Shown here: positions 7,509 through 13,296 of the stretch, piece by piece
How positions within the stretch are numbered: the stretch's first letter is position 1
Layout: each line of letters starts with the position of its first letter
Program-made: the position numbers and the translations under genes
The notes under the pieces: generated by a model
Told to the model about the DNA's origin: nothing
Database searches by the model: none
What the model saw: only the letters and a program-made list of their open reading frames with translations
Source: Candidatus Iainarchaeum sp.
GTDB taxonomy: Archaea > Iainarchaeota > Iainarchaeia > Iainarchaeales > GCA-2688035
Assembly: GCA_028713935.1 (NCBI GenBank)
Contig: JAQTNI010000035.1
Span: 1-13,947 of the forward strand
Direction: 5' to 3'
DNA: 13,947 nt

Positions 7509-8294
7509 ATGAAGCGCTTTTACAGGAAACCCGAAACAGAAGAAGCTGCTTTCGGGAATTATGACAGCACTGAAACAAGGGAACCTGTGCAGAAAGCTGA
7601 AAAAAAAGACATCAAAGACCTTATTCTGGAAGACATCAATGCACAGGAAAAAAAAAGCCCAAAAGCAATGGAAATAGCAGTGGGGCAGGTAAGCGAATTC
7701 AAGGCAAAACACAACAGGCTGCCAAGCCCGGACGAATATGACCAGATAGCGGAAAATATTTTTGGGCAGTTAAAAGAAAAAGAAGAATCCCAAAAATTTT
7801 CTGAAGCAAAAGGCAGGGAAATAAAAAGAATCCCAACAATTGCACAGGGAAACCAACAGGCAGCAGAACAGCCTTCACAGCAGGCCCAGAGAAGAGGCAG
7901 GACAAAAGCAGAAAGAATGGCTGCAAAAACAGGCACTGGCTTTGAAGAAGGGCAGCAGGCAGCACAGGAAAGTTCCCTGAACCAAAGCGAATTGAAAAAA
8001 CTTGAAATAAAGGATTTGCTGAAAGAAGATTCCGATGAATTAAAAGAATTTGAAGAAGGCAACGAAGAAGAAAATTCGGAATCTGAAGAATCAAAAGAAT
8101 TCAATCTTTCGGAATTGGGAAACGAAGAGGAAACAGGGGAAGAAAAATGCCCAAATTGCGGAAAAACAACTGAAGAAATAATTTTTTGCCCGGAATGCGG
8201 AAGCGCTTTCTGCGAACAATGCGCAAAAATCGAGAGAATAGGAAGCGAAAAAAAAATTGTCTGCCCAAAATGCGGAAAAACAACAAAAAAATAA
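7509..8294 (+). CDS. Acidic, low-complexity protein with a C-terminal 4x CxxC (double zinc-ribbon-like) domain
   Basis: ORF in the track, which starts at TTG 7467; the first in-frame ATG is 7509. The middle region is Glu/Lys/Gln-rich and includes a repeated IKDL[IL].ED motif. The C-terminus is CPNC-x9-CPEC-x4-CEQC-x13-CPKC (8148-8291). The start codon is uncertain: a TATA-like AATATACA at about 7437-7444 would also fit a transcript starting near 7467. Confidence 0.75.
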   Translation: MKRFYRKPETEEAAFGNYDSTETREPVQKAEKKDIKDLILEDINAQEKKSPKAMEIAVGQVSEFKAKHNRLPSPDEYDQIAENIFGQLKEKEESQKFSEAKGREIKRIPTIAQGNQQAAEQPSQQAQRRGRTKAERMAAKTGTGFEEGQQAAQESSLNQSELKKLEIKDLLKEDSDELKEFEEGNEEENSESEESKEFNLSELGNEEETGEEKCPNCGKTTEEIIFCPECGSAFCEQCAKIERIGSEKKIVCPKCGKTTKK

Positions 8295-8313
8295 AAAATT
8301 TCAAAAACGGGCT

Positions 8314-8619
8314 ATGATTAGAGAAGTCTGGGTTCCAGGAAATTCTTTTCGTACGGGGCATTACGAAAAGCAACCAACCGGCCAGGTAAGGATTGAACCG
8401 TGCATAGTCGGCCAAGAAATCGATAGATGGCCTCTGCGCAGAATGCCAACAAAGCCACAGGGAAAAAAATCCAGGCATGCAGGAAGGCACGGAATGCTCG
8501 GAGCCGGCCCTTCCAGCGGAGGAAGAGGAAAAAGGCATGGCAGTGCAAAATCACGCAAAAGCGCAAAACAAGGCGCGAGACCACAACGCGAAAAGAAAAA
8601 ACAGAAAAAAAACAGATAA
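8314..8619 (+). CDS. Possible extremely basic 101-aa protein (MIREVWVPGNSFRTGHYEKQPTGQVRIEPCIV..., then a Lys/Arg/Gly/Ser-rich tail)
   Basis: ATG 8314 lies 19 nt after the zinc-ribbon gene stop, with no T-tract in between. An oligo-T (aattttttcc) follows its stop. However, all three + frames are open across 8430-8620 because the strand is T-poor, so the ORF may be compositional. Confidence 0.35.
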   Translation: MIREVWVPGNSFRTGHYEKQPTGQVRIEPCIVGQEIDRWPLRRMPTKPQGKKSRHAGRHGMLGAGPSSGGRGKRHGSAKSRKSAKQGARPQREKKKQKKNR

Positions 8620-8627
8620 CTTGTTGC

Positions 8628-9476
8628 TTAACTGGTTGGAATTTTTTCCCATTCCCTGCCGCTTCTTTTCCATGAAGAACTGCACTGCAGCTCATTAAGC
8701 ACATCTTCAGGCACAACAGTTGAAACCCACATTGCCAAGTTCACCTGTGCTGCTTCCAGATTGTCATTGCCAGAGGAGTTTTGTGAAATAAGGCGTATCC
8801 AGCTTTCTGACTTTGAAACAGAGCCGACATTTGAAAGCAGGCCCTCAACCTTATGCACATTTGCAAGGCCGGAAGCAGGATAGCACAAAAAAATTACTTG
8901 TTCAGTATCCAAACATGCATTGCCCACCCAAACCATTGTTGGATTTGCAGTGCAATTAGCCTTATCCAAGTCATTGCTGGTTGTGCGGTGCAATGAAAAC
9001 AAAAGGAAAATAAGCCCTGCATTGCCTCCGGGAGTAATAGTGCCACTGCAGCCCGGATCAGTCGGGCTTATGCAGTCAGTGGTTGAGCCTCCTGAATTGT
9101 AAATGTAAAAAACATAATCATAATTATCCTGGACAGGTTCCATTATGCCCACAATATTGTTTGCCAAAAGCCCGGCAGTGCTGTTCAATTTTTGGTCATC
9201 TGCAAAATCCTCTTTTACCCTTGCAAGCAAATAATCAACTTCAGGTGTTTCTTCCAATGCCTGGCCTTCAATCCTGGGAGTGCTGCTTTTGAAAATTGTC
9301 TTGAAAGCAGAGGCGGCATATTCGGAGCCATACTGCCTTTTTATCTGTTCAACGACAGTATTCCCATAAGCATTGGAAATTAAAAAAAGCACAATGCACA
9401 AAGCTGAAACAATCATCAAAAAATAAAGCGAATCAGTGATTGCAGCCTGGCCCTTCTCATCAGAATTCAGCGCCAA
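8628..9476 (-). CDS. Class III signal peptide (type IV pilin-like) surface protein, 282 aa; last gene of the pilin-like operon
   Basis: The N-terminus LALNSDEKG|QAAITDSLYFLMIVSALCIVLFLI has a KGQ prepilin-type site followed by a hydrophobic helix. The TTG start at 9476 is preceded by GGTGGTGG and overlaps the upstream gene's stop by 10 nt. There are 6 Cys outside the helix. Confidence 0.75.
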   Translation of the reverse strand: MALNSDEKGQAAITDSLYFLMIVSALCIVLFLISNAYGNTVVEQIKRQYGSEYAASAFKTIFKSSTPRIEGQALEETPEVDYLLARVKEDFADDQKLNSTAGLLANNIVGIMEPVQDNYDYVFYIYNSGGSTTDCISPTDPGCSGTITPGGNAGLIFLLFSLHRTTSNDLDKANCTANPTMVWVGNACLDTEQVIFLCYPASGLANVHKVEGLLSNVGSVSKSESWIRLISQNSSGNDNLEAAQVNLAMWVSTVVPEDVLNELQCSSSWKRSGREWEKIPTS

Positions 9477-10153
9477 CTAACCACCACCAAAAGCATTGGC
9501 TTTACAAAAAACCTTTCCTCAAAAGCAATATTGCTGTTTTTCAAGGATTCCTTTTGAGAAAGCGGGTAAAACTTTCCTGCACTATCCTTCAAATAATCCC
9601 TTGCCAATGCAACGGGAAAAAAATTCACATTATAAAACTGCGGAACTGCCTCATCAGTGCCAATGTTTGAACAAAAAAACCTTTCATCTTCAGAAGTTGC
9701 CTCAATAGGCAGGAAAAAAATTGTTTTGTCGGAAAATTCTTTTCCATCAGGATTGAAGTGCTCTGCAGGCGAGCCAGCAAGGGAAGATGCGCCTGCAAGA
9801 GGATTTGAAGAAAGCTCAACAAGGCCGACAACAAATTTTATTCTTTTCACTCCGCTCTGTGCATTTGCACAGCTTTCCTTGAAACTGTCAAATCCTGCAA
9901 CATAAGAATTGCCCCTCATTATCGAAGCAAGGTCAAGGACATCTTTGCTGTCATCAAAAAACCTGTTTTTCTGGTCAAAAGCATTCCAGGCAAAAGTAAA
10001 GGAATAAAAGAAAATTATAAGGGCAAAAACAAGCGGAATTAAAGAAGGCAAATCATCCCCAATCGGGCCTAGAAAGCCTTTCGAAGCGCTCGCTGATGCT
10101 CGCTTTCGAAAGCCTTGGGAAATGCTTCGCAGAAAACCTTTATTTGATTTCAT
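9467..10153 (-). CDS. Pilin-like or N-terminally anchored surface protein, 228 aa, with an unusually long basic leader containing a duplicated KGFL motif
   Basis: ATG at 10153 forms an ATGA overlap with the upstream stop (10150-10153). The N-terminus is MKSNKGFLRSISQGFRKRASASASKGFLGPIGDDLPSLIPLVFALIIFFYSF. The mature part has 2 Cys. Confidence 0.7.
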   Translation of the reverse strand: MKSNKGFLRSISQGFRKRASASASKGFLGPIGDDLPSLIPLVFALIIFFYSFTFAWNAFDQKNRFFDDSKDVLDLASIMRGNSYVAGFDSFKESCANAQSGVKRIKFVVGLVELSSNPLAGASSLAGSPAEHFNPDGKEFSDKTIFFLPIEATSEDERFFCSNIGTDEAVPQFYNVNFFPVALARDYLKDSAGKFYPLSQKESLKNSNIAFEERFFVKPMLLVVVSWR

Positions 10154-10926
10154 TGCGAACCGCCGGTACAAGATTCACAACCTGGCCTGAAGCAGGATTT
10201 GGCAGGCGGGTCAACAGGAGGGCAGCCAGTGGTTGTTCCAATGGGATTGTTAATGCCTGGCAAACTGTCAAACACTCCGCCAGGAATGCAGAAGCAGCTT
10301 GAATCATGGGCTTCCACATTTGGAATGCAGCCGCTCTTGATTTTTACCCTTATATCCTGCATATTGCCATAACAAATATCGCTTGTAAAAGAACAGGAAA
10401 TTACATACACATAATTTTTTCCCTTGAAGGTTTCTTTAATCAGCATAAAAGAATTCTGCGGATTTGCAGCCTGGGGGTCAACTACAATTGAATTTTTTTG
10501 CTTTAAGGCGTCAATGCCGGTGGCATTATCATAACTCCATTCAAAAAGAATTATTTCAGCGTCAATGTCAATGCTTTTTGCAGCAATAATCCTGTTCTGC
10601 TCTCGCCTGTTCACAATTGAAAAAATCAGTGTATTATTTTCTCCTGAAACAGTTGTTTCGGGCTCCCTTGAAATTTTCATTGCATAAAAAAAATCCTTTG
10701 AACCCCCAAAATATTTTATTGCGGAAGGAATGTTAACAGGGGAAGAAAAGCAAAGCTTGTTTGAATTTGCAATTCCCAATGCCTGCTCTGCCTTTGCATT
10801 TACCATTTGGGTTGCTGAAGAAGCGACAAAAAAATCTGTCAAGCCGAACATAAAATAAGCCACTATTGCAAACAAAGCAGTGACTAAAATCAGGAGGTTC
10901 ATTTTGCTAAGGGCAAATGCAAGCAA
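10150..10926 (-). CDS. N-terminally anchored surface protein, 258 aa, with a Cys-rich C-terminal tail; unknown family
   Basis: The TTG at 10926 is preceded by GGGTGAT (SD-like). An alternative ATG at 10902 gives MNLLILVTALFAIVAYF. The protein has a single N-terminal hydrophobic helix and 10 Cys, concentrated in the last ~90 aa (...SCFCIPGG...GCPPVDPPAKSCFRPGCESCTGGSQ). Confidence 0.7.
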   Translation of the reverse strand: MLAFALSKMNLLILVTALFAIVAYFMFGLTDFFVASSATQMVNAKAEQALGIANSNKLCFSSPVNIPSAIKYFGGSKDFFYAMKISREPETTVSGENNTLIFSIVNRREQNRIIAAKSIDIDAEIILFEWSYDNATGIDALKQKNSIVVDPQAANPQNSFMLIKETFKGKNYVYVISCSFTSDICYGNMQDIRVKIKSGCIPNVEAHDSSCFCIPGGVFDSLPGINNPIGTTTGCPPVDPPAKSCFRPGCESCTGGSQ

Positions 10927-10930
10927 TCAA

Positions 10931-11497
10931 TCACCCTGCACATGAACCCGAGTCTTCCCTGCAATAAGCGCAGACAGTCGGAAAACTCGCGCTCGTTTCC
11001 TTGTTATTAAAATAAATCACTCCCCTTGGCACAATATCAACAAATTCTTCCAGCAAAATTTTTTTTTCAGAAGCCTGCAAGTCAGGGCAGTCAGGGGAAC
11101 TGAAAACAGTGTTGGGATTAATGTTCAGGCATTTTTTGAAATAAACCCCTTTCTTTGAATTTGAATATTCCAAAAGCCTGCAGATGCTTGCGCCAGAACT
11201 GCAGTAATCAGCGCAGACCTGCGGCCTTTCACTGTAACTAATTTTTATTGTTTCATCTTTTGGATCGTAACAATCGGCCCTGAAATCAAGGAATTGGGGG
11301 CTTTTCTGGTTAATTACAATTTCAAGCTTGGTTTTCAGGTCTTCTAATTTCTGCTCTGTCTGCTGGGAACATCTCTGCTCGTCAAGAGTTGTCATTGCCT
11401 TCAAGCCGATGAACAAAACAAAGCCCATTATAATAACTGCAATAAGCAGTTCAAAAGGCGCTTCTTCCTGCCCTTTCCTGCCCAAAAAGTGAAACAT
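10931..11497 (-). CDS. Class III signal peptide (type IV pilin-like) protein, 188 aa, Cys-rich
   Basis: ATG 11497 gives MFHFLGRKG|QEEAPFELLIAVIIMGFVLFIGL. This has the basic leader, KGQ site and hydrophobic helix with acidic residues near the N-terminus of the mature part. The ectodomain has 10 Cys and ends TVCAYCREDSGSCAG. Confidence 0.8.
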   Translation of the reverse strand: MFHFLGRKGQEEAPFELLIAVIIMGFVLFIGLKAMTTLDEQRCSQQTEQKLEDLKTKLEIVINQKSPQFLDFRADCYDPKDETIKISYSERPQVCADYCSSGASICRLLEYSNSKKGVYFKKCLNINPNTVFSSPDCPDLQASEKKILLEEFVDIVPRGVIYFNNKETSASFPTVCAYCREDSGSCAG

Positions 11498-11541
11498 AAA
11501 ACTACCCAAATGAAATTCAAAAAAATAATTAAAAATTCCGC

Positions 11542-11706
11542 TTAATTTGAGGTTGCGGGAGTTGTTTTTCTCACTAGCTTCTGGCTCTGCTGGAACATTG
11601 GCTTAATCACTGCAATCAGGGCAATTGCGGCAATCACCAGAATCAAAAGCATGTAAACAGAACTCCACTCGCTCTGCGCCTTTTCTTCAGCAAAAAAACC
11701 CTTCAT
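11542..11706 (-). CDS. Small (54 aa) class III signal peptide protein; candidate short major pilin and first gene of the operon
   Basis: ATG 11706 gives MKGFFAEEKA|QSEWSSVYMLLILVIAAIALIAVIKPMFQQSQKLVRKTTPATSN. The K[GA]Q-S-x-E + hydrophobic helix pattern resembles the short archaeal Class_III_signal-type pilins. A TATA-like box lies upstream. Confidence 0.7.
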   Translation of the reverse strand: MKGFFAEEKAQSEWSSVYMLLILVIAAIALIAVIKPMFQQSQKLVRKTTPATSN

Positions 11707-11736
11707 AACAAACCAATAACAAAAAGGCAAAACAAG

Positions 11737-11744
11737 TATTTAAA
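11737..11744 (-). promoter_or_regulatory. TATA-box-like TTTAAATA, 31-38 nt upstream of the small-pilin ATG; candidate promoter of the five-gene operon
   Basis: The + strand reads tatttaaa at 11737-11744, which gives TTTAAATA on the minus strand, preceded by the purine-rich AAAGGGCAG (BRE-like position). It lies in the 195-nt divergent intergenic region shared with hicB. Confidence 0.4.
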
Positions 11745-11872
11745 ACTGCCCTTTTCTTTTTTCTTTCTAAAAAAAATTGCCAATTTTTGCTCAAATCTGG
11801 ATAAGAATTTGTGTTCTTTGATTAAGCAGTGAGTTGTTGGCGGTGTTGTTCAACAAGGGTTTTAAATTGTTG

Positions 11873-11880
11873 TAATAAAA
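11873..11880 (+). promoter_or_regulatory. TATA-box-like TAATAAAA, 22-29 nt upstream of the hicB ATG (an alternative TTTAAATT lies at 11861-11868)
   Basis: The position is consistent with a leaderless or short-leader archaeal transcript starting near 11902. Confidence 0.3.
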
Positions 11881-11901
11881 GATAGGTATAGTGAAGCGCT
11901 T

Positions 11902-12174
11902 ATGAAAGAATATAAAAATGAATTTCCTGTTTCTTTGCCTGTAATGGTAAGCAGGGAGGGAAAATGGTTTGTTGCCTCCTGCCCGCTGTTAGATATTGCC
12001 ACTCAAGGAAAAACAGAGAAAGAGGTAAAAGAAAATATGGAAGAATTAATACAAGACTATTTTTCTGATCCCGATACTGTGAAACCAACTGCCAATCAAA
12101 TTTTGTCTTCTTCTGTTTCTTTAATAAATGTTCCTGTAAAAGGGGTTTCTTTGTGCCAAAGCTCCAGCCGTTAA
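11902..12174 (+). CDS. hicB: HicB-family antitoxin (UPF0150/HicB N-terminal domain only, 90 aa)
   Basis: FPVSLPVMVSREGKWFVASCPLLDIATQGKTEKEVKENMEELIQDYF matches the HicB pattern (xxVxxxxEdGxyxAxxPxLxGxxTQGxTxEEaxxNxxEai). It overlaps the hicA start by 22 nt. No RHH/HTH-type C-terminal domain is evident. Confidence 0.8.
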   Translation: MKEYKNEFPVSLPVMVSREGKWFVASCPLLDIATQGKTEKEVKENMEELIQDYFSDPDTVKPTANQILSSSVSLINVPVKGVSLCQSSSR

Positions 12175-12374
12175 AACAATCCAAAGTAATAAAAATTCTT
12201 GAATCAAACTGTTTTGTACAAGCGCGTTCAGGAAAACACATCACTTTCAAAAAGACTGATTCTCAAGGAAAAGTTTTGACAACCTGGGTGCCACACCACA
12301 AAGAAGTCACTGTTTTTGTCATCAAATACATTATTCGGCAAACAGGAAAACCAAAAGAAGAATTCCAAGAATAG
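12153..12374 (+). CDS. hicA: HicA-family mRNA interferase toxin (73 aa)
   Basis: The GTG start is preceded by AAGGGG 9 nt upstream. (M)PKLQPLKQSKVIKILESNCFVQARSGKHITFKK...VPHHKEVTVFVIKYIIRQTGKPKEEF matches the HicA/YcfA pattern (MPKLPxxSxxExIKxLxxxGFxxxRxxGSHxxF...VPxHxxKELxxGTLxxILKQAGIxxEEF), including the conserved His of G-x-H. Confidence 0.85.
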   Translation: MPKLQPLKQSKVIKILESNCFVQARSGKHITFKKTDSQGKVLTTWVPHHKEVTVFVIKYIIRQTGKPKEEFQE

Positions 12375-12393
12375 TTGCTTATATGAACCTGCA

Positions 12394-12534
12394 TTAGTGT
12401 GAAGCCGCCTTAATTCTGCCTGCTTGAATATCTTCCAAACTGGATTCTAACTGGCACAAAATGTCATCGGCAAAATCCGCTTTTTTCTTCAAATAATCAT
12501 ACTCGCTTTTTGCAATAGTAACAGTTTCGGCCAT
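12394..12534 (-). CDS. Small 46-aa ORF not in the track (under 60 aa): MAETVTIAKSEYDYLKKKADFADDILCQLESSLEDIQAGRIKAASH; antitoxin-like helical protein, tentative
   Basis: I translated this by hand: ATG at 12532-12534 and TAA at 12394-12396, giving 47 codons. A TTTTTATATT box (12567-12576, minus strand) lies 33-42 nt upstream. The x(T/I)TIxxxEYxxL...DIxxGR pattern recalls small Phd/RelB-type antitoxins, but this rests on recollection only. Confidence 0.4.
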   Translation of the reverse strand: MAETVTIAKSEYDYLKKKADFADDILCQLESSLEDIQAGRIKAASH

Positions 12535-12662
12535 AAAAAATCACTAAAAATAATTATGCCCAAAAGAATATAAAAAACAATGTTCTGCTCTTTTCGCAGG
12601 GCAATAATCAAAAAAATAAGAAAAAGGAAGGGAAAAAATCAAGCCTTCAAAAAAATAATTTT

Positions 12663-13226
12663 TTAAACTGCCTTTTTGACTGCAATTACACAGCAGGTTT
12701 CTGTATAACTGGAGTTTACACAGCTGCAATCAGACCAGCTTACATTCGGCATTTTTTCTGAGCCAAGCTCAGGGTCATACCTTTCAAAATAATCCTCGCC
12801 ATTGACGCCGTCAGCCATTTTTTTGCCGACATCGCAGATTGCATGCAGAACAACTGTTTTTGCAGCAGTTCCGTTATAAGTAACCCTGACCATATTTGCT
12901 GTTTCCCAATTGTCCTGTCCCTCAAAGTCACCTGCTGAAACACAAATTCCGTCCTCGGAAACAATTCCACCGCTGCCTTCCGCAATTCCACTGCTGTTAA
13001 TTGAAGTCCCGTTTTTAAAAGTCACTTTTTTGCTCGTTGAAGGAGTGGTTTTTTTTGTTGCAATGTCCCTTATAATTGTCTGGCCTTCTTTTCCGGGATC
13101 GTTTTCGCCAATCACTCCAATTTGCCCGATTATGGAAAGAAGCAAAGTCAGAATCACTACTGCAACAACAGCCGCAATAAGCAATTTGAATACGTCAAAA
13201 GCCTGTCCTTTTTCATTAAAAAACAT
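12663..13226 (-). CDS. Class III signal peptide (type IV pilin-like) protein, 187 aa
   Basis: ATG 13226 is preceded by GGTGGTGA 4 nt upstream. The N-terminus is MFFNEKG|QAFDVFKLLIAAVVAVVILTLLLSII. A Gly/Ser/Thr-rich ectodomain carries 6 Cys. Its N-terminus is paralogous to that of the upstream gene. Confidence 0.85.
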   Translation of the reverse strand: MFFNEKGQAFDVFKLLIAAVVAVVILTLLLSIIGQIGVIGENDPGKEGQTIIRDIATKKTTPSTSKKVTFKNGTSINSSGIAEGSGGIVSEDGICVSAGDFEGQDNWETANMVRVTYNGTAAKTVVLHAICDVGKKMADGVNGEDYFERYDPELGSEKMPNVSWSDCSCVNSSYTETCCVIAVKKAV

Positions 13227-13296
13227 TTTCACCACCGCTTTAAAAAAATTCAATAATTTTACAATTATATAATTGGTTTCTAATATTTAAAGCTTC

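Noticed and set aside
7559-8104. Minus-strand ORFs of 181 and 131 aa, Ser/Phe/Cys-rich, opposite the acidic zinc-ribbon gene
   Set aside because: They are the antisense of a GAA/AAA-rich coding region (TTC/TTT codons) and are low complexity. The + strand product has a coherent 4x CxxC domain.
320-8620. Homopolymer tracts (A8-A9/T8-T9, for example 321-328, 2133-2141, 3869-3876, 6510-6517, 7646-7654) as phase-variation switches
   Set aside because: Such runs are frequent in this AT- and Lys/Phe-codon-rich sequence. They all lie in intact reading frames and are not concentrated at the 5' ends of surface genes. With a single sequence there is no evidence of length variation.
8295-8627. Possible structured RNA (SRP RNA, tRNA or RNase P-like) in the relatively GC- and purine-rich convergent gap
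   Set aside because: I looked on both strands for a T-loop (GGTTCGAATCC-like with a 5-bp stem), the SRP helix-8 GGAA/AGCA motifs and RNase P CR-I. I found only short chance stems (for example GGAAGG...CCTTCC and GGCCA...TGGCC). There is no convincing fold, and the GC content is only modestly above neighbouring coding DNA. It stays open as an alternative in the finding on 7509-8619.
8101-8716. Minus-strand ORFs (145, 132 and 65 aa) and alternative plus-frame ORFs (82 and 73 aa) in the same region
   Set aside because: Multiple frames are open simply because the stretch is T-poor on the + strand. The translations are low complexity, and none has start-site support better than the ATG at 8314.
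11846-11856. Small palindrome TTGTT-C-AACAA, with nearby GTTGTTG/GTGTTGTT repeats, upstream of the hicB TATA-like box as a possible operator
   Set aside because: It has only 5-bp arms and is expected by chance in a 14-kb AT-rich window. The HicB here lacks an obvious DNA-binding domain to use it.
11900-12250. 116-aa minus-strand ORF overlapping hicB/hicA
   Set aside because: It is antisense to two genes with clear family signatures and has no recognisable features.
12544-12729. 61-aa minus-strand ORF spanning the pilin stop and the downstream intergenic region
   Set aside because: It overlaps the 3' end of the well-supported pilin gene in another frame and runs through an AT-rich promoter/terminator region. 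Its translation is Phe/Leu/Cys/Tyr-rich.
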